From: Candidatus Marinacidobacterales bacterium
Lineage (GTDB): Bacteria; Acidobacteriota; Vicinamibacteria; Marinacidobacterales; DATDRI01
Reading direction: 5' to 3'
DNA length: 64,000 nt
Assembly (NCBI GenBank): GCA_965219415.1
Contig: CBDCNP010000002.1
Span: 4,000,001 to 4,064,000, forward strand
The position numbers and the translations under genes were made by a program. The notes under the pieces were generated by a model. It was not told the DNA's origin and ran no database searches. It worked only from the letters and a program-made list of their open reading frames with translations. This document shows positions 1 through 9,697 of the stretch, piece after piece (within the stretch, counting starts at the first letter, position 1; each line of letters begins with the position of its first letter).

Positions 1-2
1 GC

Positions 3-704
3 CCGTGGGAATTCCGTAAACGGGTGCGGGAAGCGGTCAAGCAGGGTGTGGATTTGATCAAGGTCACTCCGCCTTACACGATCGAGGAGCTCAAGGCCAC
101 CGTGGAGGAAGCGCATTACTGGAAGCTTCGCATCACGGCTCACGTGGGCGGGCCGCAGGATCCGCATTCGGTCTCGGGACGCATCGCCGTCGAGGCGGGC
201 GTCGACAGCGTCGAGCATCTCTATCCTTACGGTGGAGAAGAAGTGGTACGACAGATGGCGGAGAACAATATCTACGTCATACCGACGATGGGCTACCACA
301 TCCGTGAGCTCGCCGGTGAGTACAGCTATAACGCCGAGCTGCTCGAAGAGAAGCTGGGGCACACGTATGACGGCATGATGGAGCTATTCCGGCAGATGCG
401 CGAGGCAGGCGTCAAGTTCGCAGTGGGATTGGACTCCAACGCCAAGGACCTGCCGACGGTCAACGAGCTCTATCTCCAAGAGGTGAAGGGCATGATGACC
501 GGAGGCCTCTCCTCGATGCGGGTCGTGCAGTCGGCGACGCTCCACGCCGCGGAAGCGATGGGTCTCGGGGACGAAGCGGGCAGCATCGAGCCGGGTAAGT
601 GGGGAGATGCCATCGTGCTGTCATCGGATCCACTAAAGAAGATCGACGCGCTCGTCGCTCCTGAAGTCGTCATTCAGGCCGGCGAGATCGTTCATAAGAA
701 ATGA
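3..704 (+). CDS. Metal-dependent amidohydrolase (prolidase-like, Amidohydro_1), 5'-truncated by the window edge
   Basis: Open frame from position 3 (PWEFRKRVREAVKQG). Motifs DLIKV, ITAHVG, SVEHLY, VGLDS and C-terminal GSIEPGKWGD. Confidence 0.85.
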   Translation, partial: PWEFRKRVREAVKQGVDLIKVTPPYTIEELKATVEEAHYWKLRITAHVGGPQDPHSVSGRIAVEAGVDSVEHLYPYGGEEVVRQMAENNIYVIPTMGYHIRELAGEYSYNAELLEEKLGHTYDGMMELFRQMREAGVKFAVGLDSNAKDLPTVNELYLQEVKGMMTGGLSSMRVVQSATLHAAEAMGLGDEAGSIEPGKWGDAIVLSSDPLKKIDALVAPEVVIQAGEIVHKK

Positions 705-1477
705 AAGGGAGACTCATGTTGAGAACAATCTGCACCGTTTTCGCAGTAGTGCTATTCGCCGCTTCGTCGAATGTCTACGCGGACCAGCTCGAAGGGGCCT
801 GGTCGCTCGAAGGTTACGAGTTCGAGAACAACGACGTACCGGTCTCGGGAGTCATGATCTTCGCCGATGGTTACTTCTCCACGGTTTTCACGATGGACCA
901 TGAGGGTCGTTCGGGTCGCGGTCACGGCGGCAAGTACACGCTTGAAGGTGACGAGATCTCGTTCGCCATCCCGTGGTGGACCGAGCACGTCGCGGGGAAG
1001 CCGCAGGTCATGAAAGACGAGAGCCATGCCAAGGCGCGGGTCGAAGTCCTAGGGGATCTGCTAGTCATTCATTTTGCGAGCGGTTCGGAGCAGAAGCTGA
1101 AGAGGCTCACGTCGGGGGACGCGGGCGATCTAGCCGGAGCCTGGCTGATGGATAGCTACCAAAGCCGCGCCAAGACCGGCCCTACCTCGGGCATGATGAT
1201 CTTCGCCGGTGACAGCTTCACTCTGACCTACACGATGGACGCCGAAGGCGGTAAAGATGGGCGGGCGCACGGGGGAACCTACGTGCGAGACGGCGGGGCG
1301 ATGACACTCAATGTCGCCTGGTCGATGCAGGTCGTTGGCGCCGAAGGCTCGGTCGATGAGGAATCCTCCTCGCGCAAGACGAAGGTTTCGGTAGCCGGGG
1401 ACTCGTTGACGGTGGATCTTGGCGCTGGATCGGTCCAGAAATTCCACCGCGCCGGCAAGGGAGGCGCTTCGAGATGA
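701..1477 (+). CDS. Exported protein with two tandem lipocalin-like domains
   Basis: Signal peptide ending in VYA. Two internal repeats LxGAWxL..SGxMIFAxxxF..RxHGGxY. ATGA overlap with the upstream gene. Confidence 0.75.
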   Translation: MKGRLMLRTICTVFAVVLFAASSNVYADQLEGAWSLEGYEFENNDVPVSGVMIFADGYFSTVFTMDHEGRSGRGHGGKYTLEGDEISFAIPWWTEHVAGKPQVMKDESHAKARVEVLGDLLVIHFASGSEQKLKRLTSGDAGDLAGAWLMDSYQSRAKTGPTSGMMIFAGDSFTLTYTMDAEGGKDGRAHGGTYVRDGGAMTLNVAWSMQVVGAEGSVDEESSSRKTKVSVAGDSLTVDLGAGSVQKFHRAGKGGASR

Positions 1478-2229
1478 TCTCGATTCGAACGACGTTTGCT
1501 TTGTCGCTTCTCGTGGCGGCTGGGCTTCACGCCGGTCCTCGGGCGGGCGCGGAAGAGTTGGACGGGAGTTGGCGATTGGTCTCCTACGACCGCCATGGAG
1601 ATCTCGATGTGAGTGGGTTGATGGTCATGGCCGACGGGCATTTTGCCTTCGCCTTCGACATGGCGTTGGACGGCAAGTCCATGCGCGGTCATGGGGGAAC
1701 GTACTCGGTGGAGGGTGACCGCCTGGTCTACACGGTGCCGTGGTGGGTCGAGCACGTAGCCGGCAAGAATCAAGTGATGGCCGAAGAGAGGAAGGCCCCG
1801 GGTCGCATCGAACGGGACGGGGACTCCCTGACGATGAACTTCGATGCCGGTACGGTTCAGAAATACAAGAAGAACCCGTCGGTCGCCGCAGATGGCCTGA
1901 CCGGAGCTTGGATGATGGAAAGCTACGAGGGGGGGGCGAAGACCGGCCCGGCCACAGGCGTTCTGGTCTTCGCGGATCGGACCTTTGCGCTCGCATACAC
2001 CATGAAGCCCTCGGATGGCACGCCCGATGGGCGAGCCCACGCCGGACCCTACGAGAGGGACGGCGAGTCCTTGAAGCTAACGCTCAACTGGTCCCTCCAC
2101 GTCGTCGGGGGCGAAACCACGCTCGAGGAGCCGGGCAACGTGCACGATCTAAACCTAAAGATCACAGGCGACACCCTGCGCCTCGGTTTCGGCGAGGGTG
2201 CTTCTATGACGTTTCGCCGGGCGAAATAG
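1474..2229 (+). CDS. Exported tandem lipocalin-like protein, paralog of 701..1477
   Basis: Signal peptide, same two-repeat architecture, shared PWWxEHVAGK and GAKTGP motifs, ATGA coupling. Confidence 0.75.
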   Translation: MISIRTTFALSLLVAAGLHAGPRAGAEELDGSWRLVSYDRHGDLDVSGLMVMADGHFAFAFDMALDGKSMRGHGGTYSVEGDRLVYTVPWWVEHVAGKNQVMAEERKAPGRIERDGDSLTMNFDAGTVQKYKKNPSVAADGLTGAWMMESYEGGAKTGPATGVLVFADRTFALAYTMKPSDGTPDGRAHAGPYERDGESLKLTLNWSLHVVGGETTLEEPGNVHDLNLKITGDTLRLGFGEGASMTFRRAK

Positions 2230-2283
2230 GCTGGCGCGGGCTCACGCGCACGGCTACCGGTGCGCGATTAGGTGGCGGAGTCG

Positions 2284-3717
2284 TTACCGTTCAGACACGG
2301 CGTCTCGAAAACGCTCTTCGCTTTCGGCCACCGCGTAGGCCATGAACGCCATCGCCGCCAGGTTGCGTTTCACGGATTCGGCGTTCACCTTATCGAAGGT
2401 GTCCCCATCGCTATGATGGAAGATGAAATAGCGACTCGGGTCGTTTCGTAGGGCAATCGCCAGGACTCCCTTCTCCTCCAAGGGAGCTAGGTCCGGAGCC
2501 CATGCTTCGGGTGGTAGTCCGCCTGGGCCACCGTAATCCACCCACACCGCGCCAATCGGATCTAGAAACTGAGCCCACTGGCGAATGAGATCCAACGTCC
2601 TTCCCTGCTGGCTGACGCGGAATCCAACGGGATCGTCCGCGCCGGCGTCGGCCTCGATGGCGGCCACGTGACGCTCGAGCTCGTCCGAGCCCATGTCGGC
2701 ATAGCGCTTCGCGCCCGGTGCTCGGATCTCCTCGGTCATGAACAAGACCGTCCGGATGGTTCGGCGCGGCACGAGCCCCAGCTCCTTGAGAAGCCGTGGG
2801 GTCTCCATGGCGATCGCGGAGCCGACCGCGTCGTCGAAGGCTCCCGTCCCGAGATCCCAGGAGTCGAGATGCGCACCTACGACGACGATCTCGTCTGGTC
2901 GTTCCCGTCCTCGAATCTCGCCGATCACGTTGGCAGATTCCACCTCACCCTCCGGTCGACAGGTCATCACCAATCGCACGGTAGGTTTCTCACCGCTCGC
3001 TATCAGACGGTGGAGAAGATCACCGGCCTCGGTCGCCAAGGCAGCATGTGGGATACGCGGCACGTCGTCCACGTAGTACGTCGCGCCGGTGTGCGGCGTA
3101 CCCAAGCTGCCCGTCGCGAGGGAGCGAATCATGGATGCCGCCGCGCCGAGTTTCGCCGCCTCCACCGCGCCACGGCTTCGGTAGCGGATCTGCTCACCGT
3201 AGGCTTGAAGAGGGTGTACATCCGGCTTCAGCGGCGTGTGGTAGTAGACGATCTTGCCCTTCACCGCTTCGCCCAACCGCGAGAGCTCCTCGAAATTGGA
3301 GACTTCGATGATCTCGGCCGTGATCCCCTCCTCCGGTGTGCCCACGCTTCCCCCGAGCGCTGTCAAGGGCAATCTCTGTCGGCTAGGAGTCAAGAGCTCC
3401 CCGGTCTCGACACCTCGCACCCATTTCGGAACCGTCACCGGCTGGAGCGTGACGTTCTCGAACCCGTCCTTCTTCATCCGCTCCGCCGTCCACCGGACGG
3501 CTTCGGCTGCTTGAGGCGAGCCACTGAGCCGAGGGCCGATGACGTCAGTGAGATGCTTCAGTATTTCCATTGCGCGATCGTTGGTGTTTGCGGCGGCGAT
3601 GATTTGACGCGCAGCCGACTCGAGATCCCGCTCCGGAGGACGAGAGAGCGCGGCCGAGCCTGCGAAAATTGCGAGGGCCAAAGAAAAGTAGAGCGGCAAG
3701 CTGGAGCGAGACGTCAT
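2284..3717 (-). CDS. M28 family metallopeptidase (carboxypeptidase Q-like, PA domain)
   Basis: Signal peptide; IGPRLSGS, GAHLDSWDLGTGAFDD, TEE, EADAG, HHSDGDT. AAGGAGG RBS. Confidence 0.9.
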   Translation of the reverse strand: MTSRSSLPLYFSLALAIFAGSAALSRPPERDLESAARQIIAAANTNDRAMEILKHLTDVIGPRLSGSPQAAEAVRWTAERMKKDGFENVTLQPVTVPKWVRGVETGELLTPSRQRLPLTALGGSVGTPEEGITAEIIEVSNFEELSRLGEAVKGKIVYYHTPLKPDVHPLQAYGEQIRYRSRGAVEAAKLGAAASMIRSLATGSLGTPHTGATYYVDDVPRIPHAALATEAGDLLHRLIASGEKPTVRLVMTCRPEGEVESANVIGEIRGRERPDEIVVVGAHLDSWDLGTGAFDDAVGSAIAMETPRLLKELGLVPRRTIRTVLFMTEEIRAPGAKRYADMGSDELERHVAAIEADAGADDPVGFRVSQQGRTLDLIRQWAQFLDPIGAVWVDYGGPGGLPPEAWAPDLAPLEEKGVLAIALRNDPSRYFIFHHSDGDTFDKVNAESVKRNLAAMAFMAYAVAESEERFRDAVSER

Positions 3718-3732
3718 GTGACCTCCTTCAAA

Positions 3733-4710
3733 CTATTCGAAGCAACGGGCGAGCGCGCCCCGCTCGGTCCCGGAGAGTGGAAGCTCGAGAGCGCGGCGGC
3801 CTGCCTCCATCTGGTCGGGCGTTCTAGGGCCGAGCACGACGGCCGTCGTCGATGGATGGGAAAGAACCCAGGCGGTGGCGAGAGTCGCGGGGTCGGTTCC
3901 GCGAGCCTCCGCCGCCTTACAAAAAGCCTCAACGCCCTCGAACGTCTTCTCCTGAACCAGGTGGGCATACGCTTCCGGACGGAGGCTCATCCGCGAACCC
4001 TCCGGGTAGGCCTTCCCGGCTCGATACTTTCCCGTCAGCCAACCGCCGGCGAGCGGGCCGTAGGGCGTGAAGCCGAGATTCTGGTCTTTGCAAACCGCTA
4101 ACACCTCGGTATTTCGGATCCGGTCAAGGAGGTTGTAGGCATTCTGCACCCAATCGAATCGCACCAGTCCGTACTTGTCACTGATCCACAGGGCCCGGGT
4201 GAGGCGCCACCCTTCGATGTTGCTTGCACCGATGTAGTGAATCTTGCCCTGGTGAACCAGGTCGTCCAGCACGCCGAGCGTCTCTTCGAGGGGAGTGCGC
4301 GGGTCCGGCCCGTGAATGACGAACATATCCAGTCGCTCGACCCCAAGACGCCGAAGACTGATGTCGACCTGCCGCAGGATGTGTCCCCGCGATAGACCGC
4401 GATCGTTCGGCCCTTCGCCGACTGGCATCGAAGCTTTGGTGCTGATGAGGAGTTGGTCTCTCACCGATGCCGGTTGGGACTTGAGCCAGCGTCCGACGAT
4501 CGACTCGCTGTTTCCCGCTCCATAAACGTTCGCGGTGTCCAGGAAGTTGATTCCGGTCTCTACGGCGCGGTCCATCAGGGCAAAAGCTTGCTCTTCTGTC
4601 TCACCCATGCCCGCGAAGCTGGGATCGGATCCGATCCCACCGAAGTTGGCGCAGCCGAGACCGAGCCGTGAGACCTTGAGCCCGGTTCGTCCGAGAGAAA
4701 CGTAATCCAT
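3733..4710 (-). CDS. Aldo/keto reductase
   Basis: LGRTGLKVSRLGLG, DTANVYG, STK, IGASN, PYGPLAGGWLTGKY. Confidence 0.93.
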   Translation of the reverse strand: MDYVSLGRTGLKVSRLGLGCANFGGIGSDPSFAGMGETEEQAFALMDRAVETGINFLDTANVYGAGNSESIVGRWLKSQPASVRDQLLISTKASMPVGEGPNDRGLSRGHILRQVDISLRRLGVERLDMFVIHGPDPRTPLEETLGVLDDLVHQGKIHYIGASNIEGWRLTRALWISDKYGLVRFDWVQNAYNLLDRIRNTEVLAVCKDQNLGFTPYGPLAGGWLTGKYRAGKAYPEGSRMSLRPEAYAHLVQEKTFEGVEAFCKAAEARGTDPATLATAWVLSHPSTTAVVLGPRTPDQMEAGRRALELPLSGTERGALARCFE

Positions 4711-4719
4711 GTCCGATAG

Positions 4720-6024
4720 CTACTTTTGCGGTTTTTGCCCTTCGAAAGGGCTCCCCTTGAACGAAAGGACCAGCATCAAACCCGCCGAAGTCAGCAACGC
4801 GACCAGATATCCTGCCAGTACCCATTGATAGGAGCCGAGATGGTCGAAGCCCAATCCCATGAGAAGAGGACCGCACATCCACCCCACGACGTACACCGCC
4901 ACCACGTAACCGTAGATCTCGGCAAACGATCGAAGACCGAAGTATTGGGTTACCAGATAAGGGATGAGGCTGTCCGAGCTCGACGCGATCCCGACCAGAA
5001 AGGCGCCGGCAAACGCGAGAGTGCCAACGGCTCCGCTCCATAGCAAGAATATTCCGAGGCCCGCGATCGCAAACAGCGAGGCGCCCAAGTAGGGTGCGAA
5101 GAACCGGTCCAGGAGGTAGCCCACGGTGAGTCGTCCTACCAGGGTCGCACCGCCGAGGACCGACGCGGTCAATGCGGCATCGCGGGTCGATACGCCGCGA
5201 TCGGTGAGCATCGGCACGAGGTGGGTCATGACCCCGACGACGCTCGTCGCAAGGAGTAGGAAAGCTGGAGCCATCAACCAGAAGGTGATGCTCAGTCGAG
5301 CCTCCGCAGCCGGAACGCCCTCCTCCTCCTCCTCCTCCTCCTTCTCGGTCTCGCTGTCGAGCGTTTCAGATGCGTCGCCGTCCGGTAGAAGACCCTTCTC
5401 CTGGGGGGTTTCCTTGAGCAAGATCGCCACGACAGGGATCGTCACCGAGATCACCATGAGTCCGATGATGACGTAGGCCTGGCGCCAACCGAAGCTCGCG
5501 ATGAGGCTATTGGCCAAAGAGGGCATGAAAAAGGCGCTCACGCCGTTTCCGCTCAGAGCGAGTCCGAACGCCAAGCCGCGCCTCCGCTTGAACCAACGGC
5601 TCAGTACGCTGAAATAGAGCATCGAGGTCGTTCCTCCCCCGACGATCCCGATGACTACATAGACGGCGTACAAGTGCCAAAGGTTCGGCGTCAAGGCAGA
5701 GAGGGAGCCAAAACCGAGGCCGAACAGCAAAAGCGCCGGCAAGAGGATTTTCCTCGCGCCGAGTCTGTCGACCAGTCGGCCAATGAACGGCTGCGCGGCG
5801 CCGTAACTGAGCATGGCCAGCGAATACGCGGCGGAGATCTCGCCGCGACTCCATTGAAACGCCTCGGCGAGCTGATTGAAGAAAACGCCGAACGTGAAGG
5901 TGACGACCGGGCCATAGCACATGAAGAGCCCGATCGCGGCCGAGAGAACGACCCACCAGCCGTAGAAGATCTTTCCTCGAGGCGCCCCCGGGGAGGGCGG
6001 TTCCGGCTCGGACGTCTTTGTCAT
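4720..6024 (-). CDS. MFS transporter (OFA-like)
   Basis: About 12 hydrophobic segments, FYGWWVV, motif A GRLVDRLGAR, WFKRRRGLA. Confidence 0.9.
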   Translation of the reverse strand: MTKTSEPEPPSPGAPRGKIFYGWWVVLSAAIGLFMCYGPVVTFTFGVFFNQLAEAFQWSRGEISAAYSLAMLSYGAAQPFIGRLVDRLGARKILLPALLLFGLGFGSLSALTPNLWHLYAVYVVIGIVGGGTTSMLYFSVLSRWFKRRRGLAFGLALSGNGVSAFFMPSLANSLIASFGWRQAYVIIGLMVISVTIPVVAILLKETPQEKGLLPDGDASETLDSETEKEEEEEEEGVPAAEARLSITFWLMAPAFLLLATSVVGVMTHLVPMLTDRGVSTRDAALTASVLGGATLVGRLTVGYLLDRFFAPYLGASLFAIAGLGIFLLWSGAVGTLAFAGAFLVGIASSSDSLIPYLVTQYFGLRSFAEIYGYVVAVYVVGWMCGPLLMGLGFDHLGSYQWVLAGYLVALLTSAGLMLVLSFKGSPFEGQKPQK

Positions 6025-6120
6025 TTCGACCTCGAGACAACCGTCGTCGCTAGATAGGCGGCGCGGACTTCGGGGAGTTTATCAGATAGGATACGAGAGC
6101 TCAGAAACGGAGGTGGGCGC

Positions 6121-6609
6121 ATGTTGAACCGCTTGAGAAAACTGTTAGGAAGTCTTGCCCTGATACTCCTCTTGTTCCCGGCCTTGTGCCAGGCTCAGTC
6201 CGAAGAGAAGGGGGTTCTTGCCGCCGTGCAACGCTTCTTTGACGCCGATGCGGCGAAGGATGCGGAAGGTGCGCGAGAGGTCATGATGCCGGAAGGGTGT
6301 TTCTTCTCCGTCCGTACGGAAGGTGACCAGAAGGTCGTCCGCAGCTTCACTATTAAGGAGTATCTCGACGAGCTCCCGGCGCGCGCGGAAACCGTGCGCG
6401 AACGGATTTGGGAGCCGACGGTGCTGATCCATCAGGAAATCGCGGTGGTGTGGACGCGCTACGATTTCTATCGAGACGGACGGTTTAGCAACTGCGGTAT
6501 CGATTCCTGGAATCTCATCAAAACGCCCGAGGGCTGGAAAATCTCGGGAGGCAGTTATACGGTGGAGCGCATGGATTGTCCCGAAAGTCCGCTGGGTCCT
6601 CCAGACTGA
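6121..6609 (+). CDS. Exported NTF2/SnoaL-like protein
   Basis: Signal peptide; ERIWEP..IAVVWTRYDFY..CGIDSWNLIKT..GWKI is typical of the NTF2-like fold. GGAGG RBS. Confidence 0.75.
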   Translation: MLNRLRKLLGSLALILLLFPALCQAQSEEKGVLAAVQRFFDADAAKDAEGAREVMMPEGCFFSVRTEGDQKVVRSFTIKEYLDELPARAETVRERIWEPTVLIHQEIAVVWTRYDFYRDGRFSNCGIDSWNLIKTPEGWKISGGSYTVERMDCPESPLGPPD

Positions 6610-6620
6610 GGGCCCCTCCC

Positions 6621-8036
6621 CTACTCGGAGGTCGGCTCAGGCATGTGTTCGTGCCGGGGAATCACCACCTGCCCGTTTCGTAGAACGAGCTCACCATCTC
6701 GAATCACCAGATTGACGTTGGCCAAATCCTCGAGGCGTTGGTCGGGCTCGCCATCCACCACCAAGACGTCGGCCAGCTTGCCTCGCTCCAGAGTTCCGAG
6801 CCTGTCGTCCATGTCCAGGATCTCGGCGCTCGTCCGGGTCGCAGCGACCAACGCGCCGGGTACGGTGTACCCGACCGCCACTAATTGCTTGAGCTCCGTA
6901 ATATAGGCGCCGGGAAGGAGGCGATACCAATCGAACGGTAGATCCGCGCCGACTCCTATCTTGATGCCCGCTTGCTTCATTTTTCGCAGCACTTCCAGAT
7001 TGGCTTCGTGGGAAAACGTAAAGCGCCGGGATGTCGCGCCGTGGTAGCCACCCCACAACGCAAAGACATACATATAAGGCACCAGGGTCGGTACGGCGGC
7101 GGTCCCGTTCGCCGCCATCATTTCGATGACGTCGTCCGACCGCGGTAACGGGTGCTCGATGTCGTCGGCGCCGGCCTCCACCGCCCACCGGATATAGAAG
7201 GTTTCCGCATCCACGGCGACCTTGAGTCCCAAAGCGTGAGCCTCGTCCACCGCCGCTTGGATCTCGTCCGGGGAGAAATGACTCATGAGCTTGATGACGT
7301 CGGCACCGGCCTTGAACTGCTCACGAACAGCCTCCCGCCAACCGTCGGGGCCGGAGGCTTCGATGACGGCGCCGTAAGCCGCGTTAAACGGGCTCAGCCG
7401 TTCCGCCCCGTGGCCGCCGGTACCGGTAATTGCCTGTCCGGACGGAAAAATACGTGGGCCGATGAGACGGCGATCCCGAACCCATCGCTTCAACTGAAAC
7501 GGGACCGTTCCGTGCGAGCTCACATCCCTGACGCTCGTGATCCCACTCTCGATGTAGTAACGCAGCCGTTCTATCGCCCGTAGCGTTTGGTGTGCGGGAT
7601 CGAGAGCATCGGTGATCGATGCCTCCGCCGACGCGGAATCCCCCGGCGGTCGGGCGAGGTACGTGAGATGGCCGTGTAGATCGATGAGCCCCGGAAGCAC
7701 GGTCTGACCGGTCACATCGATGACCTGCGCATCCGACGGCCAAGTTTCGTCTTGCGGCGAGAGCACTCCCGAGATTCGATTTCGCTCGATGACGACGGTC
7801 GCTTCACGCGCGGGCGCGCCGGTGCCATCAAACACGCGCCCCCCCCGCAGGACGAAGCTACCCTCGGGACCGCGCGGCCCGGCGGCGACGGGAATGCGGC
7901 GAGGGTCATCGGACACCGGCGAACCGGCTTCGATGTAGCGACGGCGATCCTCGGAACGCTCTTGGGCCGCCGCGATGGAAGGAAGTTGCAATAGGACAAG
8001 GATGGCAACCGTGACGGTTCGAATCAGTGCGGTCAT
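6621..8036 (-). CDS. Exported prolidase-like amidohydrolase (strand-5 His replaced by Asp)
   Basis: ATG at 8036 with GGAGG RBS and signal peptide. PGLIDLHGH, DVIKL, VAVDA, IEHP, VGAD, GTLERGKLAD. Confidence 0.88.
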   Translation of the reverse strand: MTALIRTVTVAILVLLQLPSIAAAQERSEDRRRYIEAGSPVSDDPRRIPVAAGPRGPEGSFVLRGGRVFDGTGAPAREATVVIERNRISGVLSPQDETWPSDAQVIDVTGQTVLPGLIDLHGHLTYLARPPGDSASAEASITDALDPAHQTLRAIERLRYYIESGITSVRDVSSHGTVPFQLKRWVRDRRLIGPRIFPSGQAITGTGGHGAERLSPFNAAYGAVIEASGPDGWREAVREQFKAGADVIKLMSHFSPDEIQAAVDEAHALGLKVAVDAETFYIRWAVEAGADDIEHPLPRSDDVIEMMAANGTAAVPTLVPYMYVFALWGGYHGATSRRFTFSHEANLEVLRKMKQAGIKIGVGADLPFDWYRLLPGAYITELKQLVAVGYTVPGALVAATRTSAEILDMDDRLGTLERGKLADVLVVDGEPDQRLEDLANVNLVIRDGELVLRNGQVVIPRHEHMPEPTSE

Positions 8037-8090
8037 AACGACACCTCCGGCTTCAAGGGAATGACAATCCGGGTGCTGCAACCTCACGTT

Positions 8091-9479
8091 TTACTCTATA
8101 AGCTTCTCCCGCACCACTCTCCCATCGGCGATCACCAACCGCATCTATTGCAGGTTCTGAATGTCCACCAAGGGGTTCGCAGCGACCACAAGTAGATCCG
8201 CGAGTTTCCCTTTTTCCAGGGTTCCTAGTTTGTCGCCCATGTCCAAGATCTCTGCCCCCAGCGACGTAGCGCTGGCGAAGACTTCTCGGTCGGTGTAACC
8301 CGCCTTCTTCAAAAGACCAAGCTCCACAAAGTAGTCACTCGGGTAGCGCTTCTCGTTCTCGAACGGGATATCCGTTCCCACTCCGACCTTGATCCCGAGC
8401 TCGCGGGCCTTCCGGACCGGCTCAATGATATTCTCACTCGTCAGCGGATAGCGACGCGACATCGTAAAGTAGAAGCTTCCCTTCACGATCCCGGCCGATG
8501 GATACCCGTAGTGCAGCATGTTGTAGTAGGCGGTGATCGTGGGTACAAACCTCGTGCCGTTCTTGGCCATGACTTCAAGCGTTTCATCCGAGAGCGCCAA
8601 GGGGTGCTCCAGGGTGTCGAGACCGGCTTCCGACGCCCAATCGATATATTCTCCGAACGCATCGGCCGCAACCGGAATCCCGTGCATGTGGGCTTCGTCA
8701 ATCGCGGCGGTGACCTCCTCGCGCGTGTACGGTGAGGTCAATTTGATCCAGTCGGCGTGCATTCGGATCTGTTCTCGGACCGCGAGTCGCCAGTCATCGG
8801 CGCCGTTCGCCGCCCGGACGAATGGGCTGGTCGCCATGCTTTCCGGGCCTCCCGCACCCACCGATGTGATCTCATCGGTATGACCTCCTCGTGAAACGAT
8901 GATCTTGCCGCTCCAAAAAACGCGCGGGCCGTCGAAGATTCGTCGCTCTACTGCTTCCTTGATCTTTAGCGCGACGTCATTGGTGGAGCCGACATCCCGC
9001 ACCGCGGTAATACCTCCGTCCAGAAACTGGCCCAGGAGTTTGACCCCGCGGATGGCGGTCGCGGCGTCCGAGTCGCGATACCTCTTAAAGTCCTCGCCGC
9101 GTTCTTGAAAAAAGTGCATGTGAAGGTCGATGAGCCCGGGGACGACATAAAGTCCGCTCACATCGATCGTCCTTTGAACGCCATCGGGAATAGCAACCCT
9201 CCCTACTGGGCCGACGTCCAGGATACGGTCGCCTTGGATGACCAGCGCCGAGTTTGTCAGCGGCTCGGCTCCGGTGCCATCGATGAGGGTTCCTCCTCGT
9301 AGAACGACGATGGGATCGTTGGAGCGGTCTCGGGGCGGGATAGGGACCCGACGGGGATCGTCGGTCGTCGTCAGCCCCTCTTGTCGGTGCTTGTACTGGG
9401 CGTACACGAGATCACCGCTCGCAACGATGAAAACGACTAGGCTCACCGCGAAATGCCGCATAACCAGCTCGGGTTTCAT
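8091..9479 (-). CDS. Exported prolidase-like amidohydrolase with an in-frame TAG at 8145-8147, 17 sense codons before the TAA (probable nonsense allele)
   Basis: ATG at 9479 after a purine-rich RBS. DLHMH, WIKL, VAADA, LEHP, GTD. The frame continues after the TAG as MRLVIADGRVVREKLIE to TAA at 8091-8093, matching paralog C-termini. Confidence 0.8.
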
Positions 9480-9697
9480 AACGAACCTTCCTTTCTCGTA
9501 TGTTTGAACTCGTCTATCGCGGGTAGACGGGCGTTCTCTCGAACACCCTGTTTCGGTGTGGCAGTGTCCCATCGGTCGCAATCCCTTGCAATCGCCGACT
9601 TGACACGATGGGAAGAAGAACTCTATTCTCTGCGGACCACGACCGGCCCCATCTAAAGCGCTTCTGGGCACCTCTGAGCTGGGTGAAGGAGAACAAA

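Noticed and set aside
2668-4101. Long antisense ORFs (also 36349..37449, 38118..39842, 42878..44152, 44091..45329, 55416..56489)
   Set aside because: Shadow frames opposite well-supported genes in GC-rich DNA, with no recognisable motifs.
5319-5342. (GAG)n run as a phase-variable repeat
   Set aside because: In-frame poly-Glu in the MFS central loop; length changes would not shift the frame.
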